NCBI GenBank assembly: GCA_963730185.1
Contig: CAVSQW010000006.1
Coordinates: forward strand, 256,001-320,000
Direction: 5' to 3'
DNA: 64,000 bases
From: an uncultured Gemmatimonadales bacterium
Lineage (GTDB): Bacteria > Gemmatimonadota > Gemmatimonadetes > Gemmatimonadales > GWC2-71-9
Shown: piece after piece, positions 31,681-41,512 of the stretch
Layout of the letters: every line of letters begins with the position of its first letter
Numbering within the stretch: position 1 is the first letter of the stretch
Program-made: the position numbers and the translations under genes
Notes under the pieces: model-generated
Told to the model about the DNA's origin: nothing
The model's database searches: none
Seen by the model: only the letters and a program-made list of their open reading frames with translations

Positions 31681-33249
31681 TCACCCCTCGTACGCGAGTT
31701 GGCCGCCGACCCAGGTCTGCTCTACCCGGAGGTTGGTGAGCTCAGCCGCCGGCGGGGTCAGCGGATCACCGGACAGCACCGCCAGGTCGGCCCATTTCCC
31801 GACCGCGAGGCTCCCCCGGTTGGCCTCGTCGCCCGAGGCGACGGCGCCCCCAAGCGTGTAGGCGGAAAGTCCTTCGGCGACCGTGATGGCTTGATCGGCG
31901 GCAATCGCTTCGCCGGCGTCGTCCAGCCGGTCCACGGCGGCCCGGAGTCCCAGCAACGGATCGTCGCTCTCCACGACGGGAGCGTCCGACGACAGGGCCA
32001 CCGTGAGGCCGGCGTCCAGCATGGCCCGAACCGGATAGACTCGGGGCAGGAAGCCGTCCGGCAAGTAGCGGCGGAAGTTCCGCCCGAGCGCCGGGAGAAA
32101 CACCGTCTGGGGCACCGCGATCGCGCCGAGCCGTGACGCGCGAGCCAGCTGGCGGGCGTCGGGCAGGCCGAGGTGCTCGATCCGAGGCCGCGGCCCGCCC
32201 GGCCCGAGCGACTCGAACACGCCGAGCACCTGATCGATCGTCGCGTCGCCGATGGCATGAATCGCGAGGCGATACCCGCGCCGGTACGCCTCGCCGGCCA
32301 GCGCCAACAGCTCGTCGGCGGCAAAGCGGAGAACGCCGCGGGTGTCCGCGTGGCGGTATGGAACGGTGAGCGCGGCCGTGGCCCCGCTCAGGCCGCCGTC
32401 CGCCAGAAATTTGATCGTGTCCACCCGGAGGTAGTCCGACTCATGCCGGGCCGGCAGCGGCGCCAACCCGCTGCCTTCCACCATCCGGAGCGCCATCACG
32501 TTCACCCGGACCGGGAGCGCGTGCTCCCGGTCCATCCGGCGGTAGGCCTCGAGGATCGGTGGGCTCACGCCGGCGTCGGTGCTCGAGGTGATCCCCAGCG
32601 CCAACTGGTGCCGGAGCGCGGCACCGATCATCGCGGCGTAGTCGTCGCTGGTCGGCGCCGGCTGGCACGCGGTCACCAGTCCCATGGCCGTCTCGTGCAG
32701 GAGCCCGCTCGGCTCGCCATCCGCCCGCCGGCCGATCACCCCGCCGGGCGGATCGGGTGAGTCCCGGGTGATCCCGGCCCGGGAGAGCGCGGCGCTGTTG
32801 ACCGAGCAGATGTGGCCGCAGGTGCGGGTCAGCATCACCGGGCGGTCGCCGAACAGCCGATCCAGGTCGTGCCGGACCGGTGGCCGCCCTTCGGCGAGGC
32901 GGGCCTCGTTGTAGCCTCGGCCGAGAAGCCAGGTACCCGCGGGCCGGCCGGCGGCCGCGCGCTGGAGCCGCTCCCCGACCTCGCCCAGACTGGTGGCGCC
33001 GCGCAAGTCGACCATCGTGGTCAGCAGGTGGCCGATCTTCCACAGGTGGGCATGCGCGTCGTTGAAGCCCGGTACCACGGTCCGACCACCCAGATCGATC
33101 GTCCGGGTGGCGGGCCCCGCCAGAGCGACCACGTCTTCGTCCCGGCCCACGGCCACGATCCGGCCGGCCCGGACCGCGAGAGCCTGGGCCACGGGCGCTT
33201 CGGAATCCTGGGTCAGCAGCGCGCCGTTGCGAAGGATCAGGTCCACCAC
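31681..33249 (-). CDS. Metal-dependent amidohydrolase (YtcJ / amidohydrolase_3)
   Basis: PGFNDAHAH, K.LADG, HAIGD, RIEH and SSDAP motifs. Confidence 0.9.
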   Translation of the reverse strand: MVDLILRNGALLTQDSEAPVAQALAVRAGRIVAVGRDEDVVALAGPATRTIDLGGRTVVPGFNDAHAHLWKIGHLLTTMVDLRGATSLGEVGERLQRAAAGRPAGTWLLGRGYNEARLAEGRPPVRHDLDRLFGDRPVMLTRTCGHICSVNSAALSRAGITRDSPDPPGGVIGRRADGEPSGLLHETAMGLVTACQPAPTSDDYAAMIGAALRHQLALGITSSTDAGVSPPILEAYRRMDREHALPVRVNVMALRMVEGSGLAPLPARHESDYLRVDTIKFLADGGLSGATAALTVPYRHADTRGVLRFAADELLALAGEAYRRGYRLAIHAIGDATIDQVLGVFESLGPGGPRPRIEHLGLPDARQLARASRLGAIAVPQTVFLPALGRNFRRYLPDGFLPRVYPVRAMLDAGLTVALSSDAPVVESDDPLLGLRAAVDRLDDAGEAIAADQAITVAEGLSAYTLGGAVASGDEANRGSLAVGKWADLAVLSGDPLTPPAAELTNLRVEQTWVGGQLAYEG

Positions 33250-33265
33250 GAGAGCGCGCTCTGCC

Positions 33266-34618
33266 TCAGACGGCGGCCAGCCGGGCCGCGTCCGTCTCCG
33301 CGATGGCCGCGCCCAACACGCCGAGCCCCTCGCGCAGTTGGTCCTCCGTGATCACCAGAGGAGGCAGGAGACGGATCCCATTGCTGAAGAGGCCGGCCCG
33401 CATGGCCAGGACGCCATTCTGGACCGTGCGGCGGATGATGGCGAGCGTCTCCTCCGGAGCCGGGGTCTTCGCCTCCCGGTCGCGGACCAGCTCCACCAGG
33501 CGCATGGCTCCGAGTCCCCGCGCGTCGCCCACGAGCGAGTAGCGAGCTCTCCAGTCCTCCATCACCTCCACCATCACCTGCCCCAGCCGCTCCACATGGG
33601 CCAGGAAGGCTGGGTCCCGCACGATCCGGATCGCCGCGAGGGCCGCGGCGCAGGCCACCGGGCTCCCTCCGTAGGTCCCGCCGATCCCTCCCTTGTGGGC
33701 CGAGTCGAGGATCTCCGCCCGGCCGGTCACGGCACTGATCGGCATGCCCGCGCCCAGCGACTTGGCCATGACCACGAGGTCGGGTACCACCGACGCATGC
33801 TCGATCGCGAACAGCCGGCCGGTCCGGCCGAACCCGCTCTGGACTTCGTCGGCGATCAGCACGATGCCGTGCTCGTCACAGCGGGCCCGGAGGTGGCGGA
33901 GAAAGCGGGCCGGAACGGGGATGAACCCACCCTCGCCCTGAACCGGCTCGATCAGGATCGCCGCGACCGCCGACGGATCCACCTGCGCCACGAACGCCTG
34001 ATCCAGCTGGATGAGGCACCAGTCGAGATAGGCCTCCTCGGTCATGCCGGCCGGACGCCGGTAGAGGTTGGGAATGGGAAGCCGGACGATCTCCGGCGCG
34101 AACGGGCCGAAGCCCTTCTTGAAGAGGCCGTACTTGCTGGTGAGGCTGAGCGCCAGCAGAGTCCGGCCGTGGTAGCCGCCCTCGAAGCAGATCACCGTGG
34201 GCCGCCCCGTGTAGCGCCGGGCCAGAAGCACCGCGTTCTCGACGCTCTCCGCTCCGCTGTTGGCGAGCAGGGTCTTCTTGGCGAATCCTCCGGGAGTGAT
34301 CTCGTTCAGCACCTCCGCCAACGCCACCAGAGGCTCGTAGGTCGCGACCAAGGCGCAGGGATGCAGCAGCTTGGCGGCCTGCTCGGCGATGGCGTCGACC
34401 ACCGCCGGAGGGCAATGGCCCACCGCCAGCATGCCGATCCCGCCCACCAGGTCGATGAGCGTGTTGCCGTCGACGTCGCGCACCAGGGCTCCCGTCGCGT
34501 CCGCCACCACCACGTCGGTCGCGTGGGCGAGTCCGGCGGCCACCGCCGCGGCGCGACGCTCGAGCAGGGCCCGGCTCCGGGGTCCGGGAATCGGGGTGGT
34601 CAGCTTGATGAAGGACAT
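33266..34618 (-). CDS. gabT: 4-aminobutyrate aminotransferase (class III PLP)
   Basis: SGAESVENA, YHGRT, EPVQGEGG, DEVQSGFGRTG, AKSL and GTYGGSP motifs. Confidence 0.88.
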   Translation of the reverse strand: MSFIKLTTPIPGPRSRALLERRAAAVAAGLAHATDVVVADATGALVRDVDGNTLIDLVGGIGMLAVGHCPPAVVDAIAEQAAKLLHPCALVATYEPLVALAEVLNEITPGGFAKKTLLANSGAESVENAVLLARRYTGRPTVICFEGGYHGRTLLALSLTSKYGLFKKGFGPFAPEIVRLPIPNLYRRPAGMTEEAYLDWCLIQLDQAFVAQVDPSAVAAILIEPVQGEGGFIPVPARFLRHLRARCDEHGIVLIADEVQSGFGRTGRLFAIEHASVVPDLVVMAKSLGAGMPISAVTGRAEILDSAHKGGIGGTYGGSPVACAAALAAIRIVRDPAFLAHVERLGQVMVEVMEDWRARYSLVGDARGLGAMRLVELVRDREAKTPAPEETLAIIRRTVQNGVLAMRAGLFSNGIRLLPPLVITEDQLREGLGVLGAAIAETDAARLAAV

Positions 34619-34620
34619 CG

Positions 34621-35316
34621 TTACCCCTCCCCGCTGGGCGGGCGAACCGCGCCGGACACGTCGTGACCCGCGTCCAACACGATCAGCACCGCGTAGTTGT
34701 CGCAGCCCGGGTCATCGAGATGATTCGGGAGCAGCGATCGGAGCTCGAAGCCGACCCGCCGCTGGGCGGCCAAGGTCGGGTCGGTCAAGCGGCCGTCCTT
34801 CACGGCGTCGAGGTAGGCCGCCGCCGTCATTCGATCTTTCACCCGGCCGTACCCGCTCAGCATTCCCGCGGTGATCTGGCCGCGCAGGCCGAGCCGCCAG
34901 ACCAGCTCCTGCCGGGCGGCGTAGAGCGCCCGGGCCAGTCCCCGTCGTCGGTACTCGGGATGAACCCCGACGTCGGCCCCGTAGAGCCAGTCGCCACCGG
35001 GCTGGTGCGAGGTGAGCCACCCTCCCTGAATGATCTCGTCGAAGGTGTGGCCGGGCGCCGCGAAGTCGAAGTGTCGTCGAAGCGTCGTCGTCGACGCGAC
35101 CACCCGGTCGCCGTCGACCACCACGAACTGCCCGTCGGGAAAGAGCTCGAGGTGCCGGCGATAGTGGGCCGCCTTGAACCGTTGAGTCTCTGCCAGCGTC
35201 GGAAAGACGAGCCGCTGGAGCCGCTCCAGCCGATCGGCGTGCCCGCCGGTCGTGGATACCAGCACCAGACCGTCGTCCAAGCGACGCCGGAACGGCATGC
35301 GAGACGGGAAGCTCAT
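34621..35316 (-). CDS. GNAT N-acetyltransferase (YkwB-like)
   Basis: FPDGQFV, WLYGADVGVHPEYRRRGLA (AcCoA motif) and DPTL motifs. Confidence 0.83.
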   Translation of the reverse strand: MSFPSRMPFRRRLDDGLVLVSTTGGHADRLERLQRLVFPTLAETQRFKAAHYRRHLELFPDGQFVVVDGDRVVASTTTLRRHFDFAAPGHTFDEIIQGGWLTSHQPGGDWLYGADVGVHPEYRRRGLARALYAARQELVWRLGLRGQITAGMLSGYGRVKDRMTAAAYLDAVKDGRLTDPTLAAQRRVGFELRSLLPNHLDDPGCDNYAVLIVLDAGHDVSGAVRPPSGEG

Positions 35317-35433
35317 CGCCGCGGGGCCAGGGCTCCGATTTCGGGAGACCCTCTAAGCTAGAGCGTCGGCCTCGACTCGGCCAGCCGATGACGGGAAGGG
35401 AATCGCGGGGATCGATGCGGTTGCCATAACCCG

Positions 35434-36036
35434 TCAGGTCCTGACGACCGCTCGGCCACCGTCGCCCGACCCGAGCGCCCGCAGGGTCAGCGCCGTGAAG
35501 TGGTCGGCCACCTCGGCGATCGAAAGCGTGGCGGTGGGCTTGAACCACTGATAGCTCCAGTTGAGCACCGAGAGCACGTAGATCGCCGCGAGCTTGCTGC
35601 TCTCCACCCGGAAGACGCCCTGCCGCGCGCCCTGCTCGATCACCTGCCGGAACAGCCCCTCGTACTGGTCCCGCCGGGAAGCGATCTTGGCCCGCCGCCG
35701 GTCCGAGAGGCAGGTCCACTCGTTGAAGAACACGGTGGCGAAGTGGAGCTCCGACGCGACCGTCTCGAGGTGCGCCCGAACCAGCGCCGCCAGCCGGGCC
35801 TCCGGACCCAGCCCGGCCGGGACGGCATCCGCCGCGGCCTGGAACTTGGCGGCGACGGTATCGACGATCTGCCAGAGGAGGTCTTCCTTCGAATCCATGT
35901 GGGCGTAGAGGCTGCCGCCCTGCATGTCCAGCTCGCGGGCCACGTCCCGGACCGTCGTCCCGTGGTACCCAAGCCGGCTGAACAGCGCACCCGCCGCCGC
36001 GAGGAGCTCGGTTTTACGATCGGTGATCGTCGCCAT
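35434..36036 (-). CDS. TetR family regulator (PaaR/KstR2-like)
   Basis: N-terminal HTH GYHGTTVRDVA..L.MQGGSLYAH..SKEDLL; C-terminal LNWSYQWFKP. Confidence 0.9.
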   Translation of the reverse strand: MATITDRKTELLAAAGALFSRLGYHGTTVRDVARELDMQGGSLYAHMDSKEDLLWQIVDTVAAKFQAAADAVPAGLGPEARLAALVRAHLETVASELHFATVFFNEWTCLSDRRRAKIASRRDQYEGLFRQVIEQGARQGVFRVESSKLAAIYVLSVLNWSYQWFKPTATLSIAEVADHFTALTLRALGSGDGGRAVVRT

Positions 36037-36050
36037 GCGATCGGTTCGCC

Positions 36051-36106
36051 TTGACCGGATTCGGGTGACAATATAGTGTGGTAGCCAGGTAGCGAACAAG
36101 CGTTTG
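36051..36106. promoter_or_regulatory. Divergent tetR / E1-alpha promoters with TetR operator CGAACAAGCGTTTG (36093-36106)
   Basis: Plus strand TTGACC(36051)-N17-TAGTGT. Minus strand TTGTTC-N18-TATATT. The pseudopalindrome overlaps the tetR -35. Confidence 0.65.
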
Positions 36107-36135
36107 TTTGCCGACCGACGGTCGGAGGTCTCTTC

Positions 36136-37176
36136 GTGTCCCAACCCCCCGGTCCCCCACCGGAACCGACGGACGACGAGCGCCGTCGCCTCTTCGCCGA
36201 CATGCTGGCGATCAGGCAGATGGACGAGCGCTTCGACGTCCTGGTCCGGACGGGCAAGGTCAGTATCATGACTCCCGCCGACGGGCATGAAGCGGCCCAC
36301 GTAGGCATCGCCCACGCGGTCCGACCGGGGGTGGACTGGGTCTTCCCCTACTATCGCGACCAGGGACTCCTCCTGGCCCTCGGCGTGCCGCCGGCCGAGC
36401 TCTTCGGCCAGATGCTCGCCACCCAGGCCGATCCCGGCCGGGGGCGCCAGACCCCGACCCACACGATGTCCCGCGCCCACCGGGTCTTCAGCATGTCGTC
36501 GCCGATCGGCTCCCACCTGCCGGTGGCGGTCGGCGCGGCGATGGCGCTCGAGCGCCGGGAACCGGGCGCCGCGGTGGTCTGCACCTTCGGCGATGGCGCC
36601 ACCTCCACCGGCGACTTCCACGGGGCGCTGACCCTGGCCGGCGTGGAGCGGGCGCCGATCGTGTTCGTCTGCGAGAACAACCGCTACGCCATCAGCGTGC
36701 CGCTCGAGCGCCAGTCGCCGGCCCAGACCATCGCGGCCAAGGCCGCGGGGTACGGGATGCCCGGCGAGCGGATCGACGGTCACGATCCCGTCCTGGTCTG
36801 GCGGGCCGTCGGCGCAGCGCTCGATCGGGCCCGCGCCGGCCGCGGCCCCTCGCTGCTCGAGCTCGACCTGTACCGGTTCGGGGCTCACTCTTCGTCGGAC
36901 GACGACAGCCGCTACCGTGACCCGGCCGAGGTCGAGGCCCGGCGGGAGGAGAACCCGGTGGCGCGGGGCCGGCGGGACCTCGAGGCGCGCGGCCTCTGGA
37001 CCGAGGCCTGGGAGCGCGGGGTCGCCGACCACTGGGGCCGGATCATGGACGACGCGATCGCCCGGGCCGAGGCCGCCGGCGCGATGCCGCCCGAGACGAT
37101 GTTCGACCAGGTCTTTTCCACCGAGCCCTGGCACCTGGCTGAGCAGCGCCGGCGGCTCACCCAGGACCTCGACTGA
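36136..37176 (+). CDS. 2-oxoacid dehydrogenase E1 alpha (branched-chain type)
   Basis: GHEAA, YYRDQG, TPP motif GDG..S.GD...CENN and YRFGAHSSSDD. Confidence 0.92.
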   Translation: MSQPPGPPPEPTDDERRRLFADMLAIRQMDERFDVLVRTGKVSIMTPADGHEAAHVGIAHAVRPGVDWVFPYYRDQGLLLALGVPPAELFGQMLATQADPGRGRQTPTHTMSRAHRVFSMSSPIGSHLPVAVGAAMALERREPGAAVVCTFGDGATSTGDFHGALTLAGVERAPIVFVCENNRYAISVPLERQSPAQTIAAKAAGYGMPGERIDGHDPVLVWRAVGAALDRARAGRGPSLLELDLYRFGAHSSSDDDSRYRDPAEVEARREENPVARGRRDLEARGLWTEAWERGVADHWGRIMDDAIARAEAAGAMPPETMFDQVFSTEPWHLAEQRRRLTQDLD

Positions 37177-37182
37177 GGCCCG

Positions 37183-38157
37183 ATGCCGACCCTCACCATG
37201 GTGCAGGCGATCGCCAGGACCCTCGACCAGGCGCTGGCCGAGGACGACGCGGTCATCCTCCTGGGCGAAGACATCGGCGCCCGGGGCGGCGTGTTCCTCG
37301 CCACCGACGGGCTCCAGGCGCGCTATGGTCCCCGCCGGGTGATCGACACCCCTCTCAACGAAGCTGCCATCATCGGGGCCGCCGTCGGGTTGGCCGCGAT
37401 GGGGATGCGGCCGGTGGCCGAGATCCAGTTCGCCGACTACGTCTTCCCGGGCATGGATCAGCTGGTCTCGCAGGCGGCCACCCTCCGCTACCGCACCGCC
37501 GGCGTTTTCACCGCACCCCTGGTGATCCGGATGCCGAGCGGCGGCGGCGTCCGGGGCGGGCTGTGGCACTCGCAGAGCCCCGAAGCCCACTTCATGCAGA
37601 CCCCGGGACTCATGGTCGCCGTTCCCTCGACCCCGGCCGACGCCAAGGGACTCCTCCGCACCGGGATTCGCGGCGACGACCCACTCGTCCTGCTCGAACC
37701 CAAGCGCCTCTACCGCGCGACCAAGGAGGACGTCCCGGACGGCGACCACCGCGTGCCGCTCGGCCAGGCGGCGGTTCGGCGCCCCGGCACCGACCTGACC
37801 CTGATCTCCTACGGCACCTCGATGCCCGAGGTGCTCCGCGCCGCCGAGGAGCTGGCGGGGGTCGGCGTGTCGGCGGAGGTCATCGATCTCCGGACCCTCT
37901 CACCCTGGGATCGGGACACGGTGCTTGGCTCGGTGGCCCGCACCGGCCGGGTGGTCCTGGTGGCCGACGCGCCGGGTCAGGCGAGCGTGGTGAGCGAGGT
38001 CGCCGCGACCATCGCGGAGCGGATCCTCGACCAGTTGGAAGGTCCGCCGGTCAGGGTGACCGGTTACGACATTCCCTACCCCTACGCCCACGACCGGCTC
38101 TACCTGCCCAGCGTGACCCGGATTCTCCACGCCGCCAAGCTCGCGATGGACTACTGA
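37183..38157 (+). CDS. 2-oxoacid dehydrogenase E1 beta
   Basis: GEDIG..GGVF, DTPLNE, EIQFADY and HSQSPE motifs. Confidence 0.94.
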   Translation: MPTLTMVQAIARTLDQALAEDDAVILLGEDIGARGGVFLATDGLQARYGPRRVIDTPLNEAAIIGAAVGLAAMGMRPVAEIQFADYVFPGMDQLVSQAATLRYRTAGVFTAPLVIRMPSGGGVRGGLWHSQSPEAHFMQTPGLMVAVPSTPADAKGLLRTGIRGDDPLVLLEPKRLYRATKEDVPDGDHRVPLGQAAVRRPGTDLTLISYGTSMPEVLRAAEELAGVGVSAEVIDLRTLSPWDRDTVLGSVARTGRVVLVADAPGQASVVSEVAATIAERILDQLEGPPVRVTGYDIPYPYAHDRLYLPSVTRILHAAKLAMDY

Positions 38158-38158
38158 C

Positions 38159-39409
38159 ATGGCCCGCGACATCCTCCTCCCCGAGCTCGCCGAGTCGATC
38201 GTCGAGGCCGAGATCCAACGGTGGCTGGTCGGCGAGGGCGATGCCGTGGCCAAGGACCAGCCGATCGTCGAGGTGATGACCGACAAGGCGACCGTCGAGC
38301 TGCCCAGCCCCTGGGCCGGGGTGATCGAGGCGCTCCTCGTCCAGGAAGGGCAGGTGGTCCCGATCCACACGGCCATCGCCCGGGTGGCGGTGAGCGGCGA
38401 GGCCCCGGCCGACGCCCAGCCGGCGCCCACCGAGCCGGCCCGCGACGCCTCGCTCTTCAAGCCGTCGGAGCAGCGCGAGACCGTCCGGAACCCGTTCACC
38501 TCGTCCCGTCCCCGGGCTACTCCGGCCGCCCGGCGGGTCGCCAAGGACCTCGGAGTGGATCTGGCCCGGGTGCCCGGCTCGGGCCCGGCCGGCCGGATCC
38601 GAACCGCCGACGTCAGGGCCGCCGCGACGCCGGGCGCGGCCCCCGGCCCGACGCTCCCGCCCCCGGCACCCTATCGCACGCCGGCGGGCTACCAAGACCG
38701 GGAGGAACGCCGCCCGCTCCGCGGGCTCCGGCGCGCCATCGCCCAGCAGATGACCGCCTCGCACCTGCACGCGGTCCGAACTCTCGCGGTCGACGAAGCC
38801 GACCTCACCGCGCTCATCGCGGCGCGGGACCGGCTCAAGCCCAGCGCGGAGGCCTCGGGGGTCGCCCTGACCTTCCTGCCGTTCGTGTTTCAGGCGCTGG
38901 CGCTCACCCTGGAACGGCACCCGGCCCTCAACTCGTCGCTCGATCCGGCGACCGAGGAGATCGTCCTCAAGCGGTACTGCCACCTGGGCCTGGCAGTGGC
39001 CACCGAAGCCGGCCTGGTGGTACCGGTGGTCCGGGACGTTCGCGGCCGGTCGCTCCTCGATCTGGCCGCCGGGATCGAGGCGCTCGCCCGCCGAGCCCGG
39101 GAGGGGCGGCTGGCGCCGGAGGAGCTGACGGGGTCGACCTTCACGGTCACCAGCATCGGCAAAGTCGGCACGCTCTTCACCTTCCCGATCATCAACGTGC
39201 CCGACGCCGCCATCCTCGGCGTCCACACCATCACCCGCCGGCCGGTCGCCCGGATCATCGACGGCGAGGAACGGATCGTGGTGCGCGACATGGTGTACCT
39301 GTCGCTGTCGTTCGACCACCGGCTGGTCGACGGTTTCACGGCGGCGACGTTCCTGCAGGACTTGATCGGACTCTTGGAAGCGCCCGACCGGCTGGCGCTG
39401 GAGGCGTAA
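38159..39409 (+). CDS. Dihydrolipoamide acyltransferase E2
   Basis: Lipoyl domain (VMTDKA), E3-binding domain (ATPAARR) and catalytic FDHRLVDG. Confidence 0.94.
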   Translation: MARDILLPELAESIVEAEIQRWLVGEGDAVAKDQPIVEVMTDKATVELPSPWAGVIEALLVQEGQVVPIHTAIARVAVSGEAPADAQPAPTEPARDASLFKPSEQRETVRNPFTSSRPRATPAARRVAKDLGVDLARVPGSGPAGRIRTADVRAAATPGAAPGPTLPPPAPYRTPAGYQDREERRPLRGLRRAIAQQMTASHLHAVRTLAVDEADLTALIAARDRLKPSAEASGVALTFLPFVFQALALTLERHPALNSSLDPATEEIVLKRYCHLGLAVATEAGLVVPVVRDVRGRSLLDLAAGIEALARRAREGRLAPEELTGSTFTVTSIGKVGTLFTFPIINVPDAAILGVHTITRRPVARIIDGEERIVVRDMVYLSLSFDHRLVDGFTAATFLQDLIGLLEAPDRLALEA

Positions 39410-39420
39410 ATGATGCAAAC

Positions 39421-39446
39421 TGGAACCTCCCGGCGACGGGGCCGTA
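39421..39446 (+). promoter_or_regulatory. Putative ECF-sigma promoter of the serine-hydrolase operon
   Basis: TGGAAC-N16-CGTA in an AT-rich intergenic gap, 48 bp upstream of the ATG at 39495. Confidence 0.5.
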
Positions 39447-39494
39447 CACAGTTTTGAATACATATTTCCGGCTTCAGCCGAGGTTCGCGCCCCC

Positions 39495-41432
39495 ATGCCG
39501 CTCATGCTAGGTCATCTCTTGTTGGCGGCGCCGCTCATCGCGGCCCCGCTGCCGCCGACTGCCCTCGCTCAGCGCGGCGCCGACACCACCGCCAGTCCCC
39601 GCCTCACCGCGGTCGATCTCGACGCCTTTCTGGACGGGGTCGTACCGGAAGCCCTCGCGAGCAGCGACGTGGCCGGAGCGGTGGTGGCGGTCGTCAAGGA
39701 CGGTCGGCTGCTCTTCGCCAAAGGATACGGGTACGCCGACGTCGGGCGGCGACTCCCGGTCCAGGCGGACAGCACCGTGTTCCGGATGGCCTCGATCTCC
39801 AAGCTCTTCAACGCTACCGCCGTGATGCAGCTGGTGGAGCAGGACAAGCTCGACCTCGACGCCGACATCGGTCAGTACCTGGACTTCACGCTGCCGCGCC
39901 GGTTCCCGGACAAGATCACGCTCCGGCATCTGCTGACCCACACCGCGGGCTTCGAGGACTCGTTCAAGCAACTGCCGGCCGACTCGGGCAAGGGCGTTCC
40001 GCTCCGGGAGTGGGTCACCAAGATGACGCCCCATCAGATCTACCGACCCGGAACCGTCACCTCCTACTCGAATTACGGCGCCGACCTGGCGGGGTACATC
40101 GTCCAGCGGGTGTCGGGCCAGCCGTTCGCCGAGTACATCGAGGCCCACATCCTCGCCCCGCTCGGGATGCGGCAATCGTCGATCGCCGAGCCGTTGCCGC
40201 CCGAGATTCGGGCCAACCTGTCCCAGGAGTATCCCTCGGCGTCGGAGCCTCCGGGCGAGTTCGAGGTGCTCCAGGGTGAGCCGTCGGGAAACCTGTCCGC
40301 CACCGCGACCGACATGGCGAAGTTCATGCTCGCCCACCTGGCGCTGGGGCGGCTGGGCGACGTCCGCATTCTCGCGGATTCGACCGCCCGCCTGATGGCC
40401 ACGACCCAGTTCCGGACCCATCCGGAGGTCCCGGGCATGGGCCTGGGCTTCTTCGAGGAGTCACGGAACGGCTACCGGATCATCGGTCATGGCGGCGATC
40501 TGTCCCGCTTCCACAGCCACCTCTCACTCCTGATGGACGAAGGCGTCGGGTTTTTCGTCGCCGTCAACAGCACCGGCCGGGGCTCGACCTTCTCCGGCCC
40601 CCGTGAGGTGGTGCGCGACGCCTTCCTGGACCGGTACTTCCCCCGCCGGGTTCCGCTCGAGTCGGCCCTCGCCGACGCCCTCGCCCGGTCGCGCCGGTAC
40701 GCGGGATCGTACACGCTCTCTCGCCGGGGGGAGACGGGGTTGGGGCGGATGGCCGGCCTGCTCGTGAATCTGGACGTTCGGGCCAACGACGACGGCAGCC
40801 TCGAGATCCCCTTCGTCACCGGTCCGGCCGGGCTCCCGGTCCGGTGGTACCCGATCGACTCCACCCTGTTCCGCACCGGGGATGGGAGCCAGCGACTCGG
40901 CTACGTACCGGCGACCGACGGCCTGCCGGACCGGTTCGGTTTCCTCGGGGGCCACGAGCTCCACCGGGTGGGCGTCCTGGACAGCCGGGTCTTCAACCTC
41001 ACGCTCCTGGCCGCGGTCGTGGCGACCTTCGTCGCCACGTTGCTGCTCTGGCCGGTGTCGGTCCTGGTCCGGTGGCGCCACGGCGCGAGATTCGTCGACG
41101 ACGGCGTCTCCCGGGGCCTTCGGCTCGTGACCCGGCTCGGGGCCTTGCTTCCGCTCCTCTTCCTGGCTGGCTTCGCCGCGTTCCTGATGATGGGACTCGG
41201 CGGGACCATCACGCTCGACAGCCGGCTGGACCCGGTCCTGGCCGCCATCCGGCTCGTGGGCCTGCTCGGCGCTCTGGCCACGATCGGCTCGATGGTGGCC
41301 CTGGTCCGCTCCATTCGCGGAGCGCGGAACGGATGGGCCCGAATCAAGTACGCCGCTCTCGCGGCGGCCGGGCTCGGGTTCACCTGGTTTGCGATCCACT
41401 GGAACCTCCTCGCCTGGAGCTTCCGGTATTGA
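39495..41432 (+). CDS. Beta-lactamase-family serine hydrolase with C-terminal TM helices (1)
   Basis: Signal peptide; SISK, LLTHTAG, YSN and GHGGD motifs; hydrophobic C-terminus. Confidence 0.9.
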   Translation: MPLMLGHLLLAAPLIAAPLPPTALAQRGADTTASPRLTAVDLDAFLDGVVPEALASSDVAGAVVAVVKDGRLLFAKGYGYADVGRRLPVQADSTVFRMASISKLFNATAVMQLVEQDKLDLDADIGQYLDFTLPRRFPDKITLRHLLTHTAGFEDSFKQLPADSGKGVPLREWVTKMTPHQIYRPGTVTSYSNYGADLAGYIVQRVSGQPFAEYIEAHILAPLGMRQSSIAEPLPPEIRANLSQEYPSASEPPGEFEVLQGEPSGNLSATATDMAKFMLAHLALGRLGDVRILADSTARLMATTQFRTHPEVPGMGLGFFEESRNGYRIIGHGGDLSRFHSHLSLLMDEGVGFFVAVNSTGRGSTFSGPREVVRDAFLDRYFPRRVPLESALADALARSRRYAGSYTLSRRGETGLGRMAGLLVNLDVRANDDGSLEIPFVTGPAGLPVRWYPIDSTLFRTGDGSQRLGYVPATDGLPDRFGFLGGHELHRVGVLDSRVFNLTLLAAVVATFVATLLLWPVSVLVRWRHGARFVDDGVSRGLRLVTRLGALLPLLFLAGFAAFLMMGLGGTITLDSRLDPVLAAIRLVGLLGALATIGSMVALVRSIRGARNGWARIKYAALAAAGLGFTWFAIHWNLLAWSFRY

Positions 41433-41512
41433 CGGCCGCGGCGACTTCGCGGCCCTACTCACAGCGCCGGCCGGATCGGGCGATCCGGGCCGAGCGACGA
41501 GGATCCGATTCG

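Noticed and set aside
35434..37749. Apparent 771-aa TetR fusion, and the similar extended ORFs 7326-8645, 24028-26523, 28315-31176, 40844-43309 and 41878-45225
   Set aside because: The N-terminal extensions overlap other real genes. Downstream starts explain the true proteins.
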